Below, one piece after another: positions 36,254-46,719 of a stretch of 64,000 nucleotides of DNA. The notes beneath the pieces were generated by a model. That model was not told the DNA's origin. It did no database searches and saw only the letters and a list, made by a program, of their open reading frames with translations. The stretch lies in contig JBJEGD010000016.1 in NCBI GenBank assembly GCA_051874735.1, positions 33,809 to 97,808 of the forward strand, read 5' to 3'. The position numbers were made by a program, and so were the translations under genes. Source of the stretch: Candidatus Bruticola sp. Its GTDB lineage: Bacteria; Vulcanimicrobiota; Xenobia; Xenobiales; Xenobiaceae. The stretch's first letter is position 1; every line of letters starts with the position of its first letter.

Positions 36254-38314
36254 TTACTGGTCTGTATTCTCACTTTCTTTATGTAGTGCTTCTATAATGA
36301 GCTGAGCCATTTTTTTTCCTATACCTGGCAGACGTTGTAACTCTTCAGCCGTAGCCGCTTTGAGTGCTGCTAAATTGGTAAAATGGGTTCTCAGAAGTTT
36401 TAAATATTTAGGTCCTAAACGAGGAATGCCAGTCAAGACTGAACTAAACATGCCTTTATTCCGCAGCTGACGGTGAAAAGTTATGGCAAAACGGTGAGCT
36501 TCGTTGCGCAAATGGGTGACCAGATTATAAGCTTTAGAGTTTAAAGGCAAGAATAATGAATTCTTCTTATTAGGTAAAAATATTTCTTCTTCGCGTTTGG
36601 CTAGACCAACTACCGAAATTTGCTCTGTTAATTTGAGTTTTTTTAATATCTCCCAAGCGGTGTGAAGCTGTCCTAAACCGCCGTCAACTATTATTAAGTT
36701 TGGCATGGTCTCTAAACTGATATCTTGCTTATAGGTTTTTTCTTCTGTAGAAAAAACAGTCTTTTCAGTGGTGAGATAGCTCAGCCGTCTCTCCAAAACT
36801 TGGCTCATCATAGCGAAATCATTCGGACTATCTAGTTCTTTAATTTTAAATTTGCGGTAATGAGAACGGTGGGGTAGACCATGCTCAAAGACTACCATCG
36901 AACCTACAGAATATTTACCCTGAATATTTGATATATCGTAACATTCCATACGCCAAGGCGCCTCAGGTAAATTTAGAGCCTGTTGGAGTTCATTTAAAGC
37001 TTCTAAACGAATATTGCTACGTGAAGGAGCGTGCAGTTCTTCACTAAGAAAATGACTAGTATTTTCTTCGGTACTGCCTAAAATTTGTTTTCTGGCTCCT
37101 CGTTTAGGCAAAACAAATTTTACTTTATGTCCTGCATATTGGCTGAGCCAATCCTGCAATAAACCGCTGTCTTGAGGTTCTATTTCTATCACTATAGTCG
37201 ACGGAGGGCAGCCGTTATCGCTGTAATATCTCTGAATAAAAGCGCCTAGTTCTGCAGGGGAATTACTGTCTAAGCGTGATTCTAAAATAAAATTATGCTG
37301 CCCCTGGAGTTTGCCTTCTCTAACCTGACGTACACCAGCAGCTAAAACGGAATGGCTCTGATCGTATACTAAACAGATGTAGTCTTCATCAGAATCATTG
37401 TTTAAGAGAATCTGCTGCTTGTGGATAAGTATTTCTAAACTCTGCAGCGTGTCGCGCAGTTTAGCACATTCTTCATAATTGAGTTTAGAAGCTTCAGCGG
37501 CTATTTCCTGGCGCAGCTGAGCTGAAAGTTGCCCAGTATGGCCTTGCAGAAATTTTACTGCTTTATCAATTTGCGCTGCATATTCCTGAGGACTAACGCC
37601 TCCTGAACACGGAGCTGTACATAAATTTAACTGATAATAAAGGCAGGGACGAGAACGTGGAGTGTCCAGCTTTTCGCGGCAGGGGCGCAGTTTAAACAGT
37701 TTCTGTACAGTATCTTTAGTGCGCTTTACGGCCAATGAGTCGCCTGCATAAGGACCAAAACAGAGGCCTCGCAATTTAGTGCGACTGCGGATAATGCGCA
37801 AGCGGGGGTACTTTTCAAAAGTGGTCAGCTCTAAATAAGGGTAGCTTTTATCGTCGCGGAAAAGAATATTAAAGTAGGGACGGTGTTTTTTTATAAGTTC
37901 ATTCTCTAAAATTAGAGCTTCCATTTCGGTATTGACGGTAATAATATCGAAATCGCGTATTAAGCTAACCATCCAGCGGTTTTTTTCCGGTAAATGCTTC
38001 GATTTAAAGTAAGAACGAACGCGATTTTTTAGGCAAGCTGATTTTCCAACATAGATCACTCGCCTGCGCTCATCGCGCATGAGATAGACTCCCGGAGAGG
38101 CGGGAAGAGTTTCTAATTTCTCCTGCAGAAAAGGATGAACACTTTCCCGTCCTGTGTCCAATCGTTCTTCTTCAGTGATTACGTTTTTAGGACGCGGTAG
38201 CTTATGGGGAGAAGAATCAATAAGAGACGGCCGGGTTGATTTTTTTATTTTTATAGCTTCTACAGCTGCAGCTGCATCGTTTGTAGTATTTGTACGCCGT
38301 TTATTTCTAGACAT
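36254..38314 (-). CDS. uvrC: Excinuclease ABC subunit C
   Basis: GIY-YIG (PGVYLM...IYVGKS), DDKSYPY, ECYDISN, VDGGLGQL, RNEAHRFAI, HhH repeats. Confidence 0.97.
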   Translation of the reverse strand: MSRNKRRTNTTNDAAAAVEAIKIKKSTRPSLIDSSPHKLPRPKNVITEEERLDTGRESVHPFLQEKLETLPASPGVYLMRDERRRVIYVGKSACLKNRVRSYFKSKHLPEKNRWMVSLIRDFDIITVNTEMEALILENELIKKHRPYFNILFRDDKSYPYLELTTFEKYPRLRIIRSRTKLRGLCFGPYAGDSLAVKRTKDTVQKLFKLRPCREKLDTPRSRPCLYYQLNLCTAPCSGGVSPQEYAAQIDKAVKFLQGHTGQLSAQLRQEIAAEASKLNYEECAKLRDTLQSLEILIHKQQILLNNDSDEDYICLVYDQSHSVLAAGVRQVREGKLQGQHNFILESRLDSNSPAELGAFIQRYYSDNGCPPSTIVIEIEPQDSGLLQDWLSQYAGHKVKFVLPKRGARKQILGSTEENTSHFLSEELHAPSRSNIRLEALNELQQALNLPEAPWRMECYDISNIQGKYSVGSMVVFEHGLPHRSHYRKFKIKELDSPNDFAMMSQVLERRLSYLTTEKTVFSTEEKTYKQDISLETMPNLIIVDGGLGQLHTAWEILKKLKLTEQISVVGLAKREEEIFLPNKKNSLFLPLNSKAYNLVTHLRNEAHRFAITFHRQLRNKGMFSSVLTGIPRLGPKYLKLLRTHFTNLAALKAATAEELQRLPGIGKKMAQLIIEALHKESENTDQ

Positions 38315-38357
38315 TAGTCATTTTTTCACCACTTTTAACTTACGCTAATAGTCTCCC

Positions 38358-40373
38358 TTAACGTACATCGCGGGTAAACTTAGTCTGTTTTTTGATTTCT
38401 TCTTTAATTGTAGCGCGAAGTTTTTCTTCCTCAGCTTTGTTTTGAGCTATAAGTTTTGCTATATCTGGAGCAGACTTCCAAGACTCAGCTTCCTGCTGAG
38501 CTTTTTCGATATAGCTTTCATCAATAACTGCGCCAACTTTTTGTTTCATCATAAATTCAGCTTCGTGTACAGCTAATTTTAACTGCAAATCATCTTCAGA
38601 GCCGATTTTATTACTTGGACGTGATTCAAATTTGACGTGAGGATCGATACCTTTTAAGTGAATATCTTTATCTTTAGGAGTAAGGTAATGGGCTATAGTG
38701 AGTTTGAGAGCTCCGCCGTCGCTGAGAGGATAAAGCTCTTGGACACTACCCTTGCCGTAAGTCGTCTCTCCTATTAAAATAGCTCTGTTGTAGTCTTTCA
38801 TGGCTCCGGAAGTAATTTCAGAAGCGCTAGCAGAGAAGCGATTTACCAAAAGTATCAAAGGAAGTTTAGTACCTTTTTGGGAGTTCGATAAATAAGGTTC
38901 ACAGTAGCTAAGGCGGGGATTTACTACGCTGGTAATCGATTTATGGCGTGGCAAGAACTCAGAAGAGAGATCTATAGCTGCGTCAACGTATCCACCTCCG
39001 TTGTTGCGTAAATCAACAATTAAAGATTTTGCGCCATCATTGAGCAGTTGTTGTAGAGCTGAATCGAATTCTTGAGAAGTTTGAGAACCGAAAAAGCGCA
39101 CACGCAGATAGCCTATTTGGTTCTGGAGCATTTTACCGTTTACACTAGGTACATGGATGCTGGTGCGTTTTAAAGCCACTTCAAAAGTTTTGCCGCCACG
39201 CTGCATCGTCAGAACAACAACACTGCCAATTTTACCACGAATCATGGCAGAGGCCGTATCAATATCTAAGCTACTGGTCTTCTTGCCGTCAATAGCCATA
39301 ATTTTGTCGCCGGAACGAATATCTTTGAGAGCAGCTGGAGTACCTTCTATAGGTTCTATAACCGTAAGCTGACGGTTGTTCTGCCAGTCGGCTTCTAAGT
39401 AAATTCCAACGCCGCCGTAGTTACTAGCTCCCAGCATCTCTTTAAATATCTTAATATCTTCAGGCAGCAAAGCGGTGCTGAAAGGATCGTTTATGGCTGT
39501 AAGCATGCCGTTCAGAGCACTGTAAAGCAGGTAAGTGTCGGTTAACACTACTGGCTTGCCGTCGGCATCTTTAATAATTTCGGAATCATTATTATCTAGG
39601 CAAATTTGGTCAGAAGTAACTAAATCGAGGTTGGAAGTTGAAGATTCGTCCTGTTCAATTGAATCAGAATTGGTTTTATCTTTTGCCTCTGTAATCTCTT
39701 GAGGGCTCTTTAATGACTCCGATTTACCGCGCTCAGACTTTGATTGGGAATTTTTGGCCTCTAACTCAGCGATTCTGGCTTTAATAGCTTTTTCTAGTTG
39801 ACTGCGTTTAATTAAGCGTTGATTTTGCGGAAGAACCTCAACTTTTTTGAGCAATTCAGCAAATCGGCTGGAAAGTAAGTCGATAAGCTGTTTGTTATCT
39901 AGTTCTTTGACTTCCTTTTCAGTGAGCAGTTTCAGGCCCATATCACGATGACCGAATTTGTCCAGGCTGTAATTTATGCCTTCTATGGCTCCGTTAATGA
40001 GCTCTTCCACAGATACTTCACGTATATACTTCTTACGTATTATCTCTAGAGTGCGTTCCAGCAGCGTCAGATCGCATTTTTGTTCAGAAGTTTTGTTTTG
40101 AAGGCTTAAATCTATCTTGGCTGCTTGCAGGGCGGAAGATGAACTCTGAGTAGTGGATCTATTGTCTGAGCTGAAGAACAGTATTGCAGGTACTACTATC
40201 AGGACAATAGCCATGCTAAAAACGTAATTTAGCAAGTTCGTTTTGGCTTGTGTGGGCGATTTTGTTTCTGGAGAAGTACTTACCTGAGCCTCAGGAGTCG
40301 CAACAGACTCACTTTCTTTAACTTCAAGCTCTGAAAGCTCTTTATTTAAATTTGTGACAGCTTGTTTAGTCAT
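38358..40373 (-). CDS. S41 carboxy-terminal processing protease, copy 3 (membrane-anchored)
   Basis: TM near residues 50-67; PDZ (YGGVGI); DLRNNGGG, SASASE, TYGKGSVQ. Confidence 0.93.
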   Translation of the reverse strand: MTKQAVTNLNKELSELEVKESESVATPEAQVSTSPETKSPTQAKTNLLNYVFSMAIVLIVVPAILFFSSDNRSTTQSSSSALQAAKIDLSLQNKTSEQKCDLTLLERTLEIIRKKYIREVSVEELINGAIEGINYSLDKFGHRDMGLKLLTEKEVKELDNKQLIDLLSSRFAELLKKVEVLPQNQRLIKRSQLEKAIKARIAELEAKNSQSKSERGKSESLKSPQEITEAKDKTNSDSIEQDESSTSNLDLVTSDQICLDNNDSEIIKDADGKPVVLTDTYLLYSALNGMLTAINDPFSTALLPEDIKIFKEMLGASNYGGVGIYLEADWQNNRQLTVIEPIEGTPAALKDIRSGDKIMAIDGKKTSSLDIDTASAMIRGKIGSVVVLTMQRGGKTFEVALKRTSIHVPSVNGKMLQNQIGYLRVRFFGSQTSQEFDSALQQLLNDGAKSLIVDLRNNGGGYVDAAIDLSSEFLPRHKSITSVVNPRLSYCEPYLSNSQKGTKLPLILLVNRFSASASEITSGAMKDYNRAILIGETTYGKGSVQELYPLSDGGALKLTIAHYLTPKDKDIHLKGIDPHVKFESRPSNKIGSEDDLQLKLAVHEAEFMMKQKVGAVIDESYIEKAQQEAESWKSAPDIAKLIAQNKAEEEKLRATIKEEIKKQTKFTRDVR

Positions 40374-40415
40374 AACTCCTGCTCGCGTATCTATTTGTGG
40401 CGCTGCTTGAATGTT

Positions 40416-40460
40416 TGAAGCTGGAGCTTTAGCTGCAAATAAGCAACAGCTCCAGCTTCA
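40416..40460. other. 13-bp inverted repeat between S41 copies 2 and 3 (terminator or mRNA-stabilising hairpin)
   Basis: tgaagctggagct / agctccagcttca. Confidence 0.55.
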
Positions 40461-40487
40461 GTTGTAATTATAATCTACGTAGATGTG

Positions 40488-42257
40488 CTAATGGTCGAAT
40501 TTGGGAATAATAGCGAATTTAAGGGTATGTTCTTGACCGTCGGCAGCTTTAACAACCACACAATCGACGACCTTGTCACCCTCTACATTTACAGTTCGTT
40601 TAACAATATTGTAGGTGCCAGACTCATCGGAGTATTTCTCCAAGTAAGGAACTTCATCGAATATGCTGTTAATTAAAATGGTGCGATCTGACAAGGAGTT
40701 AAGAGACTCATCGGCAGTTTGGTTATCAGAAGGTAAAATATCAGCTTTGACAGTTTCTAGAGCCTTCTGCAGTTGAACATCTTTTTCGCGCTCCAGAATA
40801 AGCTCATCTTCCATTTTAACTTCGATATCAGGATTTAAGCCTGCTTTGTGAATATCGTGCCCGGCTGGAGTATGGTAGTGAGCGGTTGTAATTTTAAAGG
40901 CAGATGTTTTATTCTCATGGAATTGGTAAGGATAAAGTTTTTGCACGCTCCCTTTACCGAAAGATTTCACACCTATGAGCTTACCGCGATGCAGATCGCG
41001 AATAGCACCGGCAGTAATTTCAGAAGCACTGGCTGAGTTGCCGTTAATAAGAACAGCCAAAGGTTTTTTAGAAGAATGAAGATTGGGACGAGAATAGATA
41101 ATCTGCTCTTTATTGGCACCGTCTACAATAGAAACGATGCGGCTGCCAGTTTTGACAAACTTAGAACAGATATCTACTGCAGCTGATACGTATCCTCCGG
41201 AGTTGTTGCGCACATCAATAATGTAAGCTTGGCAGCCCTGTTGATCGAGGGCGCGGAGCGCCGCTTCCATTTCGTTATTGGTCGTTTCTCCAAAGATGCC
41301 CAGAGCCAGATAGCCTATTTTACATCCATCATGCTCAATAATTTCGGATTTTAAGCTATCAACGTGAATGACCTCTCTAGTGAGGGAAACATCGAAAACA
41401 TGGCCAGAACTGGGACGGCGTATGGTCAGTTTCACACTAGTGCCTGCTTCACCGCGTAACAGTTTGGAGCACTGCATAAGATCCATTCCATAAGTAGTTC
41501 GGCCGCTAATATGTGTAATCTCATCGTTACTGCGCAAACCGACTCGAGCGGCCGGACCTTTTTCCATAACCTTATTTATAACCAAAACTCGGCTGTTCTT
41601 AGGATCTTGTTCAGTACCGCTTAATCCCATGACAATACCGATGCCGCCGAAATTCCCTCCGCTCATCTGCTCATTAAGATTTTTATACTCATCGGGGGTA
41701 AGGTAGACTGTATAAGGATCGTCGGTTGCTCTCATTATACCTTTAAGGGCAGCCATAGTGAGCATTTGATCTTTCATGAGCTGCGGATAGCGAGCAGCTG
41801 CTTTTAAAAACTGAGAGCGCAGCGACTTGTTAGCTTCTTCCGGGGAAGCGTCGACGTCGATTTGCTTGAGAAAGTCTGATTTTAGTTTTTTGTCTTCAAT
41901 AAGTAAGGTCATGCCGTCGAGGGCACAGTTGGTAATTTTTCCTGGTTTGGCCTTCTCTCTAGCTTCAGATTTTACTAAAACTAGAGCTTTATCAATCATT
42001 TCTAAAGCGCTGTCCAGATCTTTTTGCGAAATTTTGTTTACAGGAGCCTGCGCAGCATTTTTATTCGTTTTGACACTCGTTTTATTGCTTTTTGAGGCTT
42101 TTTGAGCCAAATTTTTGGCATAAACGGTGTGCTTAGAAGCTGATTGAGATGCAGATGGAGCCTGCTCAGTATATGGATGAGCGCTTAAAGGCAGCGAAAT
42201 AAGCATCGTCAAAACTGCAGCTGCAGCTGTCGGGACAAAAGTTTGCTTTAAATTCAT
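40488..42257 (-). CDS. S41 carboxy-terminal processing protease, copy 2 (signal peptide)
   Basis: ATG 42257 with AGGAG; signal peptide ending LSA; DDPYT, FGGIGI, DVRNNSGG, SASASE, SFGKGSVQ. Confidence 0.93.
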   Translation of the reverse strand: MNLKQTFVPTAAAAVLTMLISLPLSAHPYTEQAPSASQSASKHTVYAKNLAQKASKSNKTSVKTNKNAAQAPVNKISQKDLDSALEMIDKALVLVKSEAREKAKPGKITNCALDGMTLLIEDKKLKSDFLKQIDVDASPEEANKSLRSQFLKAAARYPQLMKDQMLTMAALKGIMRATDDPYTVYLTPDEYKNLNEQMSGGNFGGIGIVMGLSGTEQDPKNSRVLVINKVMEKGPAARVGLRSNDEITHISGRTTYGMDLMQCSKLLRGEAGTSVKLTIRRPSSGHVFDVSLTREVIHVDSLKSEIIEHDGCKIGYLALGIFGETTNNEMEAALRALDQQGCQAYIIDVRNNSGGYVSAAVDICSKFVKTGSRIVSIVDGANKEQIIYSRPNLHSSKKPLAVLINGNSASASEITAGAIRDLHRGKLIGVKSFGKGSVQKLYPYQFHENKTSAFKITTAHYHTPAGHDIHKAGLNPDIEVKMEDELILEREKDVQLQKALETVKADILPSDNQTADESLNSLSDRTILINSIFDEVPYLEKYSDESGTYNIVKRTVNVEGDKVVDCVVVKAADGQEHTLKFAIIPKFDH

Positions 42258-42481
42258 AATGAATTCTCCTGAAATCAGAACAGCTCGGCAGGCTTTCAGT
42301 AATTTGAAGAACTGCCTTTTTCCAGAAATAGACACCGTTGCAGTGTACAGTAGCGTATCATACTCTGCTCGTTAATGTGTCTCATCTGTAGCTATCGGTT
42401 AGTTTATATATACCACGATCATAAAAGGGATATTTTGCTGCATTCGTGATAAAACACCTAAGTTCAAGTAATTTTATTTTT

Positions 42482-44173
42482 TTAAAAATTGCCCTGCTTA
42501 GAGATCTCTTTTTTTAGCAGCTCAGCTGCTTTCCGCAGCTGCGGGTCTTGGAGAGGGGTTAAACGAACGCTGAAAGGAGCTGAAATGGCAAAATCTGGCT
42601 TCAGACCTGTTTTACCCAGATCGAGATTGTCTGGGGTGCGATAATGGGTATAAGTTACTTTGCAGGCGGAAGTTTCACCTGGAGGAAACTCAAAATTATA
42701 AATTTTTTGCGAACTATTTTTGCCGAAACTCGTTTCCCCTACTAGAAAAGCTGCTTTATGGGCCCGCAAGGCTCCGGCCGTTATTTCTGCTGCCGAAGCT
42801 GTGCGACTGTCGATGAGCACGGCCATTGGCTTGGGAAAGTGGGTATTGCGGTAAGTGTAAATATTTTTTTCACTGTGTCCATTTCTGTCAACTAAAGAAG
42901 CTACTAAGCTGTGTTCTGGTAAAAATTTTGAGCAAAGATCGCGGGCTGCATTAGTATAGCCGCCAGGATTGCCGCGCAAATCTAAAATATAGCCGTGGCA
43001 GTTAGCTTTTTCTAAAGCTCTAAGAGAGCGTTCCGCCTCAATATTCGTTGAGGTGCCAAAAGTATCAATCCGAAGCAAACCTAATTTTAAAGTATCGAGC
43101 CTATGCTCTTTAGCAATATCAGTTTTTGCAACTGCAGTCGCGGCAGTTGGCGCTTCTATAGTATTATTTTCTTCGTCTCCAGAATCAGAAGATGGGGAGG
43201 TGGTGGGTAAATCGTATACTGATAGTTTTCCTCGCTTATCTAGTTCAACTATTTGAGCCCAAGCTGATGGATAATGGACTTCGCTGCGGTTCACCAGAAT
43301 TTTTCTTTTATCGCTGCGCCCCATTTGGCGCATCAAATTGGTAATGTAAGTCAATTCAACTTGACTATTATTGGGACCACGCATTAGTTTTATACATTGG
43401 CTGGGGGTTAAAGATGACAGTGATTGGCCATCTACGGCTGTCAATTCGTCGCCGCGGTGCAGTCCCGTTTTAGCTGCAGGAGACTGGGGAGCTAGATCGG
43501 CCACTACAAAATGAGAATGACCTTCAGCATCGCGGCTAGGAGTAAGTACGACCCCTAAGCTTCCTGAGTAATCTCCGCTTAAATAGTCTTCCATGTCACT
43601 GTACTGATCGAGGCTAATAAATACAGTGTAAATATCTTCAGCAGAATCTGTTATAGCTTGGGCTAGACAGATAGTAAATTCCGGATCTTTAGCTAAATGG
43701 GGATAAATTTTTATGGCTCGGCGGTACAGAGAGGTAATTTTCTGCATAACCTGCAGACGATCTAGCTCGGTTTTTTTATTCTCTGCGGTATTAGTAGAAG
43801 CTGATTTTACTACTTTCTGTTCTGAAGTAGTTTGCTCTTCGCCAAATTCTTTAAGGTCAGCTTCGTTCAAATGGTGCTCTTGGAAAAATTTAACCGCCCC
43901 ATCACGCACAAATTGCCAAACTTTACTTGGCGCAGGAGGCTCGGCAGCGTTGTCAAGTAATATATTAAAAGTTTCTACCAGTACGCTGCAGCTGACTTCT
44001 TCCAAATTATTCAGTTTTTGCTCTGAACTGTCTGATAAAGATGGTGATGAAGTTGTACAGGAATTTTCTGAGGTCGAATCACCGCCGGAAGTGGCTGCCT
44101 CCAGATGAAGCGAGCCTATCAAGGCCAAAGTCAGGAAAAAAGAGGCGGCGGCTTTAAAAACAAGTTTATGCAT
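42482..44173 (-). CDS. S41 carboxy-terminal processing protease, copy 1 (signal peptide)
   Basis: PDZ; DLRGNPGG, TASAAE, SFGKNSSQ. Confidence 0.9.
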   Translation of the reverse strand: MHKLVFKAAASFFLTLALIGSLHLEAATSGGDSTSENSCTTSSPSLSDSSEQKLNNLEEVSCSVLVETFNILLDNAAEPPAPSKVWQFVRDGAVKFFQEHHLNEADLKEFGEEQTTSEQKVVKSASTNTAENKKTELDRLQVMQKITSLYRRAIKIYPHLAKDPEFTICLAQAITDSAEDIYTVFISLDQYSDMEDYLSGDYSGSLGVVLTPSRDAEGHSHFVVADLAPQSPAAKTGLHRGDELTAVDGQSLSSLTPSQCIKLMRGPNNSQVELTYITNLMRQMGRSDKRKILVNRSEVHYPSAWAQIVELDKRGKLSVYDLPTTSPSSDSGDEENNTIEAPTAATAVAKTDIAKEHRLDTLKLGLLRIDTFGTSTNIEAERSLRALEKANCHGYILDLRGNPGGYTNAARDLCSKFLPEHSLVASLVDRNGHSEKNIYTYRNTHFPKPMAVLIDSRTASAAEITAGALRAHKAAFLVGETSFGKNSSQKIYNFEFPPGETSACKVTYTHYRTPDNLDLGKTGLKPDFAISAPFSVRLTPLQDPQLRKAAELLKKEISKQGNF

Positions 44174-44211
44174 ATAAAAACTTCCTTTCCGGCTGGGAAA
44201 TGGGCGTTAAT

Positions 44212-45384
44212 TTAAATAAATCCCAGAGGGTCAACAGGTTCGCCATTAATGCGCACTTCAAAATGTAGGTGCGGTCCAGTTGAATTGCCCGTAGAGCCAA
44301 CTGCCGCGATTTGCTGTCCTTTAGTTACGGACTGACCGTAAGAGACATACAGTTCGGAACAGTGAGCGTATAAAGTGCTGTAGCCGCCGCCGTGATCAAC
44401 TATTATGCAATTTCCATAGCCTCCCATCCAGCCTGAATCGATAACTACGCCGCTATCGGAAGCTAAAATAGGACTTCCATAGTAAGCTCCAATATCTATG
44501 CCTGTGTGGAAGCGCATAGTGCCGAAAATAGGATGGACTCGGTAGCCAAATGGGGAAGTAATAGGACCTTGGGCCGGATTTAGATAGCGCCCTGTGCCCC
44601 AAGTGCGGGTGCCGGCATTGGGGGCGGTGGGGCGCATAAGCACCTGACTGCGGCGTACCGCTGATTGGATTTGATTCTCTAGAGCTTGAGTGCTGTTTTC
44701 CAATTCACTCACGTAAGAACTTAAGGAATCGCGCTGGCGGCGAGTATCGGCTAACAGGGCAGAACGCTTACTTTCAATGCTTTCAAGCTGCTTAACGCGA
44801 TTCTCCTGGGCTTCTTTTAGGTCTTTAATTTGGCGTACTGTACGTTCGGACTGAACTTTTTTGACTTCCAGCTCTCGTTTAAGACTGCGCACTTGCGATA
44901 CTAACCGGCGGTCATTTTCTATAATCAGCGACAGATAGTAAGTTTGATCTATAAAATCGATGAAACTTTCAGCTCCCAAAAGCACCACCAAGTAGCCTAC
45001 ATCGCCTTGCAGATAGATTTCTCTGAGCCTCTTTCCTAAGATAAGTTGAGATTTTTTGTATTCCTTAGAAGCAGAATTTAGCCGTTTAGAGATGCTTTGC
45101 AAATTTTCTTCAGCTGTTTTCAGGCTCAATTTAGCTTCTCGGTAGGCTTCGCGGCTGTATTGCAACTCAGCCTGAGCGTCGCTTAGCTGGCGCGATAAAT
45201 CCCGTTCTCTGTCGTTAATAATGTCCAGACGGCGACGCTGAGTTTCTAGTTGGCTCTTTTTTTGGCGCAGTTGGGTGTTAGGATCTGCCTGTACGGGAAA
45301 AGCTGATGTGAGTAGCAAGGCCAGTATCGCAGAGAACAGACCTATCTGAAGCAACTTAATTCTGCGGCCCATATAATTACACAT
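44212..45384 (-). CDS. EnvC-like coiled-coil / M23 peptidase
   Basis: Signal peptide, long coiled coil, intact HTGID and TGPHLHFEVR motifs. Confidence 0.92.
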   Translation of the reverse strand: MCNYMGRRIKLLQIGLFSAILALLLTSAFPVQADPNTQLRQKKSQLETQRRRLDIINDRERDLSRQLSDAQAELQYSREAYREAKLSLKTAEENLQSISKRLNSASKEYKKSQLILGKRLREIYLQGDVGYLVVLLGAESFIDFIDQTYYLSLIIENDRRLVSQVRSLKRELEVKKVQSERTVRQIKDLKEAQENRVKQLESIESKRSALLADTRRQRDSLSSYVSELENSTQALENQIQSAVRRSQVLMRPTAPNAGTRTWGTGRYLNPAQGPITSPFGYRVHPIFGTMRFHTGIDIGAYYGSPILASDSGVVIDSGWMGGYGNCIIVDHGGGYSTLYAHCSELYVSYGQSVTKGQQIAAVGSTGNSTGPHLHFEVRINGEPVDPLGFI

Positions 45385-45393
45385 CTCCTTAAA

Positions 45394-46719
45394 TTACGCT
45401 TTTAAGTAGCGGTTTACGGAAATAAAACTTCCCAAGGCGCCAACTAAGCAGCCCATAGTAATTAGGCCAATATTTAGGTAGGGCATGATTGAGCCGGGAG
45501 CCAAGATAGGCAGGAAAGATATACTTTTCTGCAGTTGTGGTACTACTATGCGGTAAGAAGCATCGATTAGAACTGAGGCTGTAGCTGCTCCGAGTACTCC
45601 GTGGGTCATACCTTCAAGTATAAAAGGCCAGCGGATGAACCAATCTGCAGCTCCAACCAACTGCATAATATCAATCTCTTTGCGCCTGGCAAAGACTGTA
45701 AGTCGAATAGTGTTGCTGATAATTAACAAGCTAGAGGCAAAAAGCATAAACAGAATAATGATACCGACCAGCCTAATAATATGGTTAAGCTTCATCAGCT
45801 TTTGGGCCTCTTCACGTCCATAATCAACGGTAGCTACATTATCTATTTGAGACAGTTTGTGAGCTACCGGTTCCAAAAATGAGGGATCGTCGACGGGGAT
45901 TTCGAAAGCATCAGGCAGAGGATTGCTGTCAAGGTCATTTAAATCGAGTTTAGCATTGAGGCGCTTGCGTAGCTTTTTAAACGCTTCATCTTTAGATACG
46001 AAACTAACTTTTACTACATGGCCGATATCATAAGCAGCAGCTTTAAAGCTATTGATCTGGCTTTGATCAAAATCCTGGCTCATGTAGACTTTTATTTGCA
46101 TTTCGCCAGCTAGCTCATCGGCTAATGATTCTAAATTGGCGATAATAATAATGAAGAAGCCCAAAATAAGCGCCAAAATCATCACTGTGGAAACGGAGGC
46201 TACGCTCATCATTGGATTATGGCGCATATTGGTTAGTACTTCACGAAGGAAACACTCAATATAATATCCTCCTGAAGGACCTCGCCTCTTTTGGGCAGGA
46301 GGATCTGCTTCATCGAGCACTTCGTCGACGGTAGTAACCTTAGATTTTCGCCGGGAAGTAACCCTCTCTATAATGGGAATATCCCTGACGATAATCTCTT
46401 CTTCATCGTCCTGGCTAGCTAATATATCCTTGTCAGTTTCTTCAGTCGCATTTTCAATTAATAACTTTTGAGAAGACGCCCGGGAAACAGAATCAGTTGG
46501 GCTGGTTTTTTTTTCTAATTCTTCCTTTTTAAGGGAGTTTTTAGAAGTGTCGCCCAATTTACTTCCTAGTTTTTTGTCGGTATTTTTTCCTTTGGGGCTG
46601 CTTTCTTCTGGGCTGAGGCCATCAGAAGTTTTGTTTATTTGGCTGCCGCTGGGATCGAGTTTAACTTGCTTTACTTTGGGAGAAATATCAATAAATCCAG
46701 ATTTAGGTGGAGTCTTCAT
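45394..46719 (-). CDS. ftsX: Cell division permease FtsX with an approximately 150-aa N-terminal extension
   Basis: NPLPDAF, ISNTIRL, RRKEIDIMQLVGA, PFILEG; start overlaps the ftsE stop (ATGA). Confidence 0.93.
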   Translation of the reverse strand: MKTPPKSGFIDISPKVKQVKLDPSGSQINKTSDGLSPEESSPKGKNTDKKLGSKLGDTSKNSLKKEELEKKTSPTDSVSRASSQKLLIENATEETDKDILASQDDEEEIIVRDIPIIERVTSRRKSKVTTVDEVLDEADPPAQKRRGPSGGYYIECFLREVLTNMRHNPMMSVASVSTVMILALILGFFIIIIANLESLADELAGEMQIKVYMSQDFDQSQINSFKAAAYDIGHVVKVSFVSKDEAFKKLRKRLNAKLDLNDLDSNPLPDAFEIPVDDPSFLEPVAHKLSQIDNVATVDYGREEAQKLMKLNHIIRLVGIIILFMLFASSLLIISNTIRLTVFARRKEIDIMQLVGAADWFIRWPFILEGMTHGVLGAATASVLIDASYRIVVPQLQKSISFLPILAPGSIMPYLNIGLITMGCLVGALGSFISVNRYLKA

